This document shows, piece after piece, positions 47,768-59,650 of a stretch of 64,000 nucleotides of DNA (position 1 is its first letter; the number at the start of each line of letters is the position of its first letter). Below the pieces are notes generated by a model. That model ran no database searches. It saw only the letters and a program-made list of their open reading frames with translations, and was not told the DNA's origin. The DNA comes from Moniliella sp. 'wahieum' (lineage: Eukaryota): positions 1 through 64,000 of the forward strand of contig RSEE01000112.1 of the NCBI GenBank assembly GCA_003971905.1, written 5' to 3'. The translations under genes and the position numbers were made by a program.

Positions 47768-49599
47768 GGCGCGGTCAGGACAGGAATGCAATCTCGTTTC
47801 CCTTTGGGCCTGTTTTCTTCTAAGGGATGTACTTGTAGCGAAGAAAAGGAAAGAATGGGGAAAGCGTCGGGTTCTTGGACGGCTGCATGCCGTTTGTCCC
47901 AAACGTAGAAATGAGGCGAGACAAACACGAGTACTCAGTCCATCGGCGCGTGCTCGAATGAGGCACCCGATTGGTGGTGCACTGCCAGTAGTTCCAGTGG
48001 CCTCCCTCTGAAGCCCCGCGCCCTATTTGTTTCCAAATCGGACGTAGCGCAACTGTGGGAACGGACTGGTATAAACGTTGTGGACATACGAATGTGCATG
48101 GCAGCAGTGAGCTAATCTGTTCCACAGAAAGACGCGTCCGTACTGAGAACCGTAGGTTCTCAGGCAGTGTTTGGTTCACTCATTTTACAGTTGCGGCGGT
48201 GGTGGAGTAGGTCGGAGTGCCAGAGTACCCGCCCGCATAACATGACGGCCAGGGGGAAGAACAGCAGAGAACACCAGATCTTGTGGGCGGGTTCTTCTGG
48301 AGTGGCCTCCAGTTAGGCACGCCTTTTCGCAATGCCGGCAGTTGTGGCTGCAGTGTGCTTCAATCTTCTCGGCTGTGGGCGTTCCCCGACGTCGACGTGT
48401 TTGCCTGGAGTCTTGCGTTGCACGATGTTGTGGTGTGCGTCCTTATTGTCGGAGTCCTGGTCCCATCCCCTCTGAAAAGACGGGATTATAGGTCTGCCTG
48501 TATGATGAGCGCCGGCCGTCGATAGGACGAAACCAATGCTTTCTCCCCTCCATGCAGCATGACAGGTCGTCCTCTCTTCGCTGAATGTCCCCGAAGGCCA
48601 AATGAAGCAGTCGACAACCCCAACCTTTCATTTCTCACTTCTCACTTCTCATGGAATCCCCGAGTCGATCGCCAGCCTCAACGTTCAACATGCCGGATCA
48701 GGATCGGCCCAATCCTCCGCATCCGACGGTTTCTTCGGTGCCCATCCTCACCAACTGATCTCGATCTCTTCCTGCAGTGTGCGAGGTCTGAGTCCACACT
48801 CCGACTCGCCCTCCCTCTCTCCCCTGACTGTGTCACCGAATGACTAAGCTCACTCCAATGTCCATTCTGCATCCTGTGTCTCTCACTCTTCCACTGTAGT
48901 TTCCTTTTGCTTCTGCTCTCTGCCCGATGCCTTCTATTTCCTACTCCCACTCGAACGATCTTGCCATTTCCCCTGTTTCTGACAGGACCTTCAATGGTCT
49001 CCCTCGTTTAGCCCCGACTGTTACACTTCCTGCCCCTCCGAAATCTACCATCGCCCTCCTTCGAGCACCCCCATCCTAGCCCCGCGCGGGTAGATCCTCT
49101 GCGCCCGACCCCACGCCCTGCCAACTAAAACGAACGCCTGTTGCCAGGCAGTCAGCCTAGCACCAATGCGAGTACCACTGAACGCAAAATAGATAATCGT
49201 ACATATCCAGGAGCCAAGGACCAGTCGCCAAAGGTGCACTAGGAAAACACGGCAACACAAACCACAGGAAGGGTGGCAGTAGTAGCTGGAAGCGAGTAAG
49301 CTGTGACAAGAGGGGGGAAACGGAGGGGAAAACGGAGGGGAAAAGGGGGGGAAGGGAAGGGGGGGGGAGGGAAGGCGGGGGAGGACGGAAGGAACGGGAC
49401 AGATCAAAAACTCAAACACGGTCGGTCGTCGCGTCGCCATTCGCGCGGTATCTACTTGCGTGTCCCTTGTCCTTGCCACACGTACTAGTGGGCAGGACGA
49501 AAGGGGGGTAGGGTGAAGGTGCTGGGGGGGGGGGGGGGGCATTGGAAGAGACGCCCAGACGCAGAGGAGCCAAATCCAAATCACCATCACCATCACCAT

Positions 49600-52500
49600 C
49601 ACCATCACCATCACCATCGACATGGGAGATCAACATCTGCGGCCGCGACCCGAGCCGACGCGGAAAGATCAGGCCTCAGGGTAGGAGGGCCAAATGCTCG
49701 CCGTGGAGGACATGGTTCGTATCCCACCACGCGTCGCCGGGGGGTTTAGCGTGTCTGAGCGGGCCGGGCGGCGGGTCAAAGGGCGAGGCCTCACCTTCGT
49801 CTGACGAACTCAAGTCCAAGCCGGCAGCGAGAAAGTCGGTGGTGCTAGGGCGGGAGCCGGGGCGGGGCATGCCCGCCGCCGCTTCCAACGCCGTGTCGCA
49901 TGTACCGACACCGACTCGTCCCCGCCCGCCTCGGGCTCGAGATCAACCACATCCGCTTCAAACGTCAGGTAATTCATAATCTCAATCTCGCGCGCGGCCG
50001 CTGCGTCGGCAGCGGCGCGCGCGGCGGTCGGGTCGTCGGCCAAAGCGGGGGCCGAGGCGCTGCTGCCGCCACTGGGTCCGTTGGGGCCATTAGGACCGCT
50101 GGGACCGCTGGGACCGTTGGGGCCATGGGGGCCGTTGCCCCCCGCGTCCAGCTGGCCCACCAGCGTGCCGAGCGAAGTGGGCTCCCACGGCGCAGGCGGT
50201 TGGTCCTTGGTCTGGCCCAGGCTGGCCAGGGCAAAGGGGACCATGGCGGCTGGGTCCTTGGGGAGAGGATGAGGCGGCTGTCGCAGTGCCGCCTGTGCCG
50301 CCGCCACGTCCGGCACGCCCACGGACGCCTTGATGCCCGACAGGGTGGAGAGGAGGAAAAAGTGGGGGAGGGCGCGGCGGCGAGCGCCGGGCTGGGCATC
50401 GAGGAGACCGAGTGGGACGAAGCGTGGGCTCTGGCACCGCGTTTCCCGCTGCCGCGCCCACCGCGCATCCCGCCGCGCCCGCGCTTGCCACGCACCGGCA
50501 CTTCGTCCGGCGCCGACACTGGCGCGGCCGGAGGCAGCATCGACGGCCCCGGGGTCGAGGTCGAGGTCGAGGTGGATGGTGGCGTGGCGGCGGCCTGGTT
50601 GCGCCCGCGCTTCGACACGGGCTTGCCCGGCTCGGCCTCGAGCGAGGCGCGCTTGGCGGCCAGGGGGGCGTGCCCGTGCCATTGGCCGCCGCGCGGCTGT
50701 GCTGCCTGGGCGTGCGCCTTGGCCTGTGCCTGTGCCTGCTGTGCCTGTGCCTGCACTTGCGCTTGGGCCTGTGCTTGCGCTTGGGCGCGCGCCTGCGCCT
50801 GCGCACGGGCTTGCGCTTGGGCCTGCGCCTGCGCGGCCTGCGCCTGCGCGGCCGGCAGCTGCGCCGGAACAGCCGGTCCCGCGGGCGCGGGAGGCGCCGC
50901 GGCCGCGTTCGGCGGCTGCGACTGCGACGGCGGGAAGCCGAGCGCGGCGCCGACGCTGGCGGTGATGTGCTGGACGTGCTCGGGCGCCTTGGCGCGGACG
51001 ACCTGGATGATGCGGCGGAGCTGGAGCATGCGCGGCTCGAGGTCGGCGTAGCGGATGATAAAGATGCCCTGGGGCGCGAGGCGGATCTGTTCGCGCAAAA
51101 GCAGCAGGACCTGCGCCAGCTGCTTGCTCGCCTGCCCGCGCTGGTCCAGCGCCCACAGCAGCGGCTGCAGCGCGCGCGCTAGCATCGTCAGTGGCCGCAG
51201 CTGGCTCAGCGACGCCACCACCTGGATCTTTTCCGACTCGGGCATGTCCGAGATGGGCTGGAACGGACGCGCCTCCGCATCCCTGCGCCGCCTCTTCCAC
51301 CATCAGCGTTGCCCGACGTCCTTCCTCCACCATCTCGGGGTAATCGTCAGTGCCGACGGCGCACCCGGCGCCCCCGGCGCAGCCGTCCCGCCGGGTCCAG
51401 GCCTCGCTGCCCCTGGTGCCCCTGGTGCCCCCGGTGCCCCGGTGCTCCCGGCGCTCCGACGGTGCCAGGCGCGCCATTGAGCGCCAAACCGGGGGCGGGC
51501 ACAGGCTGGCGCATGGGCTGAGACGACTGGGACATGGACGGAGCAGGAGCAGGAGGCTGCGGCGCAAGTCCTTGCGCAAAGGGCAAAGACTGAGCCTGCG
51601 GGTGGGCCTGGCTGGGCGGCCGCTGCTGGTTTGGCGGGGGCTGGTGTTGCTGTTGCTGTTGCTGTTGCTGTTGCGGATGCTGTTGCGGTGGTGGCAGTTG
51701 TTGCTGCTGTTGTGGCGGTTGTGGTTGGTGTTGGTGTTGCCGTTGCTGCTGCTGCTGTTGTTGTTGTTGCTGTTGTTGTTGCGTTGTGTTGCTGTTGCTG
51801 TTGCTGTTGTTGCTGCTGCTGCTGCTGAGCCAAGGCAGTTTGCTGAGCGTTCCTCAGCAAGGCATTGAACTGCTCCGGCGTGATGCTCATCGAAGCCAGC
51901 TGCTGGGGCGTGATTTGCGACAAGTTGGCCAGCTGGGCAAACGGCTGCGAGGCCGGGGTTGGAGGCTGAGGCTGTGGCTGTGGTTGTGGCTGTACCTGAG
52001 CCGGAGCCGGAGCCTGGACAGACGGCGGAGCAGGAGCCGGCTCGGAGGCAGGCGGCGCGGCCGGGGAACTGATTCCGACCGTCGGCCCCACCTGGCCCAC
52101 CTGGCCGGCCTGGCTCGCGGCCTGCTGCTGCAGTCGCGCCGCCTGCAGCATCTGGTGCTTGCGCACGACCATCTTCCACGCCTCCTCGAACGGCTTGACG
52201 TACTGCGTGTAGAGCTGGAGCAGGCGGGTGCGACGTGGCGAGCGGCGGGCGGGACGGTAGGCGGGCCCGGCGGCGCGGGACGAGGTCCAAGGCCATCGCC
52301 ACGCTCGGCCACGCGTCCGCCGCACTCACCGCGTCCGAACCATTGTACCCGGCCACGGTCTGGTACAGACGGAACAAGTTGACTGGCACATTGTTCACGC
52401 GCGGATCCGCCGGCCACGCCGAGCCGCGCTTGGCCAGCAGCTCGGACGTGATGTGCTTGAGCGCTCCTCCGTCAGGCTTTGCCGGGTCGCCTGGAGCGCC

Positions 52501-53109
52501 GCGGCCATGATCTGCTGTTGCTGCGCCGCGGTGGCGCCGGCATGGAGGCGAGCATGCCCTGGGGCGGAGTTCCTGGCCCAGTGGGCCCTGCGTGGGCCCT
52601 GCGCTTGGGCCTTGCTTGCGCTTGCGCCTGAGCCTGAGCCTGCGCCTGGACCTGCGCTTGCGCTTGCGCCTGGCGAGCCAACGTGTGGTACTGCATCACC
52701 TGCGCACGCAACGTCGACAGTACATTCATCCGATCTGCGATCAGGCGCTCCATCTGGCCGCGCTCCTCATTGGTCTTGGCCTGGTTAAGCTGGTCGCGTT
52801 CGCGCGAGATTTGCTGGTTGAGCTCCATCATGCGCGCATACAGCATGTTGTACTGCTGCATCGCCACACGCCGCCGTATCCGTCATGGCCGGCGACCTGC
52901 CCGGTGCTTGCGACGGCGCAGGCTGCGGTTGCGCTTGCGGTGTCAGCTGCGCCGCGGCCGCGGCCGCCGCCGGCTGTGCCTGCGCCTGGGCGAACTGCGA
53001 GAGCATAGGAGAGGCCGTGGGTTGGGACGACTGGGCCTGAGCTTGCGCATGTGCCTGGGCTTGCGCCTGAGCTTGCGCTTGCGCTTGAGCGTGTTGGGCG
53101 GCTTGCGCT

Positions 53110-53141
<32 letters not shown>

Positions 53142-53720
53142 CGCTTGAGCCTGGGCTTGGGCTTGGGCTTGGGCCAGCGCCTGTGCCTGTGCCTGCGTTG
53201 CGCCTGCTGAGCATGCGGGCCAACGTCAGTGGGCGGCGGGAGAAAGACAAGCCAGAGACAGAAGGAGGAGACGTACCGCTCGCTGCAAGTTGGCGCTGTT
53301 GGAAAGCCAAGCGGCCAACGGCGTGCTGTTCTGGCCCAGAGGCAGCGCGGGCGTCGGCTGGCTCGGCGTGGCCTGCTGCTGGGTCGGGGTGCCGAGCTGG
53401 CTCGAGAGCGCAGCAAACGGATTGGAGCTCGGGTCGGACGGCGCGGCAGCCGCGGCGGTGGATTGTTGGGATTGGAATTGGCATTGGGATTCGCATTGGG
53501 ATTCGCATTGGCACTGGGATGGCCTGGGCCCGGGGCGGCGGCCGCGCCCGCGCGCTGCGCCAGGAAGGACATGTTGCTCGCGGCGAGGTTGGAGGCGAAC
53601 GACTGGCGCTGGCGCTGCGGCGTGGGCAGCTGGGCTGGGCCTGGGCCGGCGCGGGCTGCGGGGTGCGGTGCGCAGCGGGCGAGGGCGACTGGCCGGCGGT
53701 TACGGCCTGCGACGCGTGCA

Positions 53721-53752
<32 letters not shown>

Positions 53753-54342
53753 GCGGCAGCCGCCCAGGGCGAGCCCAGCATCTGCGCCGGATTGACCGTC
53801 GGCGTGGCATGCATCGCGCCTGCGCCCGGAGCAGAAGGCATGCTGGACGCCGTCGGCATCCGGGCATGCCCATCGTCGCAGCAGGCGTGCCGAGGCCAGG
53901 CGCAACGCAGCCTGCTGCTGCTGGCGCTGGCGCAGCTGCTGGAGAAGCAGCTGCTGCTGGTGGGGCGCAAGCTGGGTGCCGGGCGGGAGCCCCATCATGG
54001 CGGCAAACAGGGCGGGGTTGGGGAGTGTCTGCTGTTGCGGTTGCGGTTGTTGTTGTGGTTGTTGTTGCTGTTGCTGTTGTTGCTGTTGCAGTTGTTGTTG
54101 CGGTTGCTGCTGTTGCGCTTGCTGCGGCTGGAGCTGCGACGAAGGCATGCGGCCGAGAGACCCGACAGGACCGAGGCAAAGTCGGGCGGGACTGCGGCGG
54201 CCGAGGGCCACTGGCTCGAGGGCGGCTGGTACATGGGGTTGGGGGTGGGGGTGGCGTTGGGGGCGCCGGGGCCGGGGCCAGTGCCCGTGGCGGGGGCGGC
54301 AGGCGGGAAGAGGGAGAAGGGGTAGGCGGGCGGCTGGGCCAT
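49600..54342 (-). CDS. Gln/Ala-rich ARID-domain transcriptional regulator
   Basis: [38 protein letters not shown]...[16 protein letters not shown]. It has long polyQ and QA tracts. The 3' end is uncertain. Confidence 0.8.
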
Positions 54343-55128
54343 GGCGGCACAAGTGATCAGCGATCACACAGTCTACGGCAGCGCGCTCATGGGCTGGCGC
54401 AGGCGGGGGGCAGGAGGAGCAGCAGCCGGGCAGCCAGATGCGCGGTGGTGGTGGTGGTAGGAGTGGTGGGGTGGTGGGGGGGACGGCCGTGGCGGTGGTG
54501 GGAGCGCACTGGCGATGGCGACGGCAACACAGCTCAGCCGGTCGCAGGAAGAGACGGCGACGCGCCCAAAGGCCGACGAGATGGGAGCACTGACCGGTGA
54601 CCACCCCGTCACCCATCCCCCGTCCCCCGCCCCCCCGGCCCCTCACTCCGTGCCCACCCCCCCACAACGCCAGTGTCCCCCGCCGTGCACCTTACGTAAC
54701 AACGCCCTCAACCCTACCCGCCCGCCCGGCCACGCGCAGTGTGTGACGCGATGGCCTGCGCCCACACAGCACTGGGGTAGGGGAACTGCCCGCGCGAGGG
54801 CGCCTGGTGCTCCCGCGGGGGCGTGTGCCCAGTCACTTGAGCCTGAAGCTTGACGCGTGACGCGTGACCAGCGCGTCCCCCGCGCTACTCGAGCGGAACA
54901 GCGTGTCTGCGTTCCGCCCGGGTGGGCCTGTCGTTTAACGTTTAACGTTTAACGTTTGACGCTTACTCTCGCGCCCCACACAACGCTGTCTGCTGCCCCC
55001 CCCCACCTCCCCTCCACCTCCACCTCTCCGTCACTACGACGCACACCCCAACCACCAATGTACGAACATAAAAAAACAACAATACAGCCCCCTCTCTCGC
55101 CCGGCGGGACAGAGCCAGGCAAGCACCA

Positions 55129-56580
55129 CTACTCGCAAACCCAGGGCCAATCGCGCAGGGCTACAGCGCGCCCTCGCTCGCGCCCACGGGCCGTCCAGCT
55201 CTGGTAAGTGGGGGTCGAGCGGCGGGTCAGCACACGCATCCGCACACGCGTCCGCATCCCACGCAGGCAGCCACGGCACCGACGCGTCCCACCGAGCGGC
55301 AACGGTAACGGTAACGGCAACGGCAGCGGCACCGACGCGTCCCAACCCACCGGCGAGCCAGCCAAGCTCTCGAGCGGCATCAGCCACGTGTCGATCCACG
55401 GCTGCGCGTCCGGTCCTGCGCAAGTCCAAGTGTGCTGCGACGAGGGCAGGGAGCCTCCAGCGTCCGTCGTGTTGGCCGGGCGTGGTTCCTGCTCCGCGGC
55501 CTCCGCGTCCAGCATGAGCGCGGCCAACGTCTCGGGCGGGAGAAGCACGTCGGCGGTCTCGGATGAGGCCGGACGGGAGTTGGGGCCAGAGTCGGGGCTA
55601 GCACCGGGGAGAACAACGACTCGAGATCAAGCGGCGTGGGCAAAGTGGTGGCTGAGCAGGACGGCGTCGTGGGCCGCAGCGGCACGGGCGTCGAGGGCGA
55701 GGGAAGAGCGCTCGCAGCGGGGGATCGCCTTCACTGCAGGAAGGCGAGCGCTCAATTCCGACGCCTCGGGCCCGGCCGAAGCGGCGCAGCGCAGGTCGCG
55801 GACAACCGTATCCTGGTCCGATGCCGATGCTGGTGCTGGTGCCGATTCCGATTCTGGTGCCGATGCGTCTGCTGGCGTCGCAGGTGGCGCGGGGGCCGTG
55901 CTGGACGCGGCTGACGAGCCGGGGCTGGCCCCACCACGGGCAAGACGTGCGTGTGGTGGGATTGGCGAGGGTAGATGTGGAGGAAAGAGGGGAGGCTGTG
56001 GGGCTGGTGCTGGTGGGCCTGGTGGAGACGAGGTGCTCGCCCTCGGGGAGCGGGAGCGGAGCGGGAGCGGGAACGGGAACGGGAACGGTCGGATCGAGGG
56101 TAACGGACCTGGCTGGTCGACGGCAGCGACATAGGCCGCTACCTGACGCAACGTGTGTCGTGCGTCGTCCGTAGCGTTCGCGCCGAGCAGCACGCCAATG
56201 GTGTGGAAACGAGTCTCGTAGTCCTGCAGCTTGTGCCACAGCTCGGCCTGGTCCTGCGACAGCTGCGCGTGCTGCCGCTCCAGCTGCGACACGTAGTTCT
56301 TCTTCTTGTCGCGGCTGGCCTGGGCCGACAGGCGGTTGCGCGCCTGCCGCCTCCAAGCGCGCCTTCCGGTCCGGCGTCAGCACCTTGGGCCGTTTGCTCC
56401 CCGCGGCAGCGTGGTCTGGGCGGGATCGTTGGGGACCAGAGGCGGGGTGGGCCGCTTGCGTGCCCGGCCGGCTTCAGGAGAGGCCGAAGCAGAGGGTGAG
56501 GAAGAAGCCGAGGCCGAGGCCGAGGTCGAGGCCGAAGCCAGCGCAGCAAGCCCGTCTGTGTCGGTGGCCACCGCGGACAT
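55129..56580 (-). CDS. HAC1: UPR bZIP transcription factor (Hac1/Cib1/Hxl1 homolog)
   Basis: Basic region RKARLEA..ARNRLSAQASRDKKKNYVSQLE plus a leucine zipper, with a downstream Ire1-type hairpin. The 3' end is approximate. Confidence 0.8.
55726..55746 (-). promoter_or_regulatory. Ire1 cleavage hairpin (5' splice site of the unconventional intron)
   Basis: CGCCTTC-CTGCAGT-GAAGGCG: a perfect 7-bp stem with a 7-nt CNG|CNGN loop. Confidence 0.8.
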
Positions 56581-57909
56581 GGGGGTAGGAGTAGTGGCGG
56601 TGGCGGTGGCGGTGGCGGTGGCGAAAAAAAGAAAAGCGCGGGGAAAGAGAAAGGCGGTGACGTGGCACCTGTTTTCAGAGGGGGGCGGGGCGCAGCGCCA
56701 ACGTCCCCCCCCCAAGGCGCCACGGCCCACACAGCGCCCGTGCCTGGCTGCCGGGCCACGTGGCACCCAACCCTAGCCCCCTGCTTTCGAGGGGGGGAGC
56801 GACGGCGCCCGGGGCCTGACACTGCGCCTGTGCTGGGCGGCTGGCGCAGCGGGGGGGGGGGGGGGGGGGGGGGCACTGCGCCTGCCGTGGGGAAGTGCGA
56901 GCTGCCCATCCAGCCGGGGCCGTCAGTGCCGCCAGGATAACCCAGTGGGCGACGATGGCCAGCGGAGGCCACCACTCGACGCGCCCGTTGCATGGGACAG
57001 AAGCCTGCGCGAGACGCTACGCTACCCATTCTCGAGGGGAGAGGAGGCAGGAGGCGAGAGAATGCGGAGCGCTGTGCACACTACATACTGTGGTTTTGGA
57101 GTGCTGGCGTTGGCGTTTGTGGCGCAGCGGCAGAGAAAACACGAGCCTGGCTGCGCAGATGGCAACATGGCAACGCGCAGGCCAGAAAGGCCAAAGAAGG
57201 ATCTGTCTAGGACGGTGGGAGTGTGGCATGCGATTCCTGCCATTGTAGATTCGTCGGGGTGGCGCTTCGGGGGCTTGGCAGAACGGTGGACCAAGGTGTG
57301 TGGAACCAGCCGATGGGTGGAATAGGTTAGTCTGGTCCACGTGATGGACAAGCGGATGCTGCCGAGGATAGGCGCGGGAGTGGTGAGGGGCGTATGAATG
57401 GAGGAGGCCAAGTGCGCACAACACGTGTCTTCGCGTCCATGTGGCGGGGGAGGCGGCGGACATGGGGCGCGAGCAGGGCCCGAGGTGTGGACAAGCAACG
57501 CATGGCGGGCAGGAGATACGTAGCGTCGGCCTGGATAATCGATGATGATGATGATGATGATGATAATCCTGCGCCTGATAGCAGGCGCTATAACAAAACA
57601 CTGCCCGGCTGCCCCCTGCCTGGGTGCTCGCAGCCGAGGCCCAGTGTGGGGCAGCGGCGCTGGGCACCGCACACTGGCGCCGTGGCCGCAGCCCCTACCG
57701 CATGGGCCAGCGTCCCATCCATCTGCCAGCCCAACCACAGCACTCTGCGCGTTGGTTATTATCCGACCGTCGCCATGGCCATTGGGAGTGTCACTAACAT
57801 TGTCATTGTCATTGCCATCGCCATCGCCACCACCACCACCACCACCACCACCACCACCACCACCACCACCACCATCTCACTCACCCCACTACCCTCCTTC
57901 CCCCCCGCC

Positions 57910-59650
57910 ATGCCTGGCCACGCGCCCGCGTTCAGCCAAACCACCACCGCCTCCGCCCCGCCTTCACCCCCTCTGACGCCTTCTCCCTCCACAGCCTCAA
58001 GGCCGCCCGAAGAGCACAGCATGCGCATCCTCGAGCCCCATCTCGTCGTGCTCGACGCTGAGCCGCCCGCCTCGGGCACCGATCTCGAAAGCGACGATAA
58101 GACCCGCGCTCTGCCCTGCTCCAGCCATGCCGCCAGCCTGGCCGAGTCGGACCCGACGCGAACCGCCCAGTCTCAACTACGACTGGCGTGCCCGTCGTCT
58201 GTCCTTTGGCCTGAACAGTGCGTATGCCCCCCCCCCTCAGCCTCCTGCACCACCGTCCCGCTGCTGACACCCACCGTGCTGGCCCCCGCAGTCTTGGCCC
58301 TGGTCTTTTTCAATGCCATCTTGCCCAACATTATCTTCTACGTCCTTCTCTACCATGGGGATACGGACCACATTGCCCGTGGCGACAACAGCAGTACGCA
58401 TCCCTCTCCCCTCCTCGTTTCGATTTCTCTCTCTGGAACGGTTGGATAGACTGACTTGGGAGTTGCCTGTGCCTGACTTTCCTTCCTGCCACAGTTTTGT
58501 ATGGTGCAACGACCGCGACCCTCGGGACTTTGCAGTGCGTAACGTATCCGTCCCTTTCCGGGCCCGGTGGAATGGAACCCGAGCGACACGGTGTCGTCTA
58601 GTCTGCTGTGCTGTGCTGTGCTGTGCTTTGCTTTGCTTTGCTGTGCTGTGCTGTGCTTTGCTTTGCTTTGCTTTGCTTGCTTTGCTTTGCTTTGCTTTGC
58701 TTTGCTTTGCTTTGCTTTGCTTTGCTTGCTTTGCTGCTTGCTTTGCTTTGCTTTGCTTTGCTTTGCTTTGCTTTGCTTTGCTTTGCTTTGCTTTGCTTTG
58801 CTTTGCTTTGCTTTGCTTTGCTTGCTTTGCTTTGCTTTGCTTTGCTTTGCTTTTCCTTGTTTCGCTTTGCTTTGTTGGGTGTGCTGACCCCGCGCGTGTG
58901 CACGCAGGATCCCGCAATGGTTTTGGCGTTGGTGGGAGTGCTACCGGAAAAAACAGCGCGTTTCTCACCACGCGGCACGAAGCCAACGCGGGGTGGTGGA
59001 CGCGCTTGCGCCGGCGCGTACGACGCTCGTTTGAGTGCTGGGATATCTTCCAATGGGCCTTTCTCGGGGGCATCCTGGCCGGCGCAACGACCTTGCTCCT
59101 GGGCACTTGTTTGGATGGCAACTATGGCAACTGGCCTCTGATGGCATTGAGTCCACCGATCATTTTTGCCTTTATCGGGCTGGCGTTTGGCTTGTTCAAC
59201 TTCGCGTCCACTCTGGGCTGGCGATCGCCCGTGGCCATCTCGGGCCATGCGCGTCACGCTCCGCTCCTCCCTGGTTTGGCCTACATCTGGCCCGACTTGA
59301 CCGCAGTCGATGGTGGTGGTGGTATGCTGTTTCGCGAATCGTTCGCGCGTCGGTGGCACGCCAGCCCGCCGTTTCGCCATATGGTCACCGTGCTGTCCTG
59401 GGGCATTTCCGTGCCGCTGGTCCTGCTGCTCGGGCCCGAGGTCGCGTTGGTGGTGGTGATCAAGAACCAGGGGAAACACTTTGTTTCCATCCTGGCGCAT
59501 TCCTGGGCACCCGTATGGGCCTTGTTGCTCTTTGTCATACTGGCCCAGACCGGCTGGGCCTACGTCTATGTCCAAACCTCCTTCCGCCACGAACGCGCCT
59601 GGTGGCAGCGCCACCATGCGCACACCAGTGCCAGTGCCGAGATGCAGTAA
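57910..59650 (+). CDS. Conserved fungal multi-pass membrane protein of unknown function
   Basis: Several hydrophobic segments and the motif DLTAVDGGGGMLFRESFARRWHASPPFR. Intron(s) are likely, one containing the GCTTT repeat. The start is uncertain. Confidence 0.65.
58605..58875 (+). repeat. (GCTTT)n/(GCTGT)n microsatellite, probably intronic
   Basis: Visible directly. It is followed by a GCTGAC branch and a CAG acceptor at 58905-58907. Confidence 0.9.
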
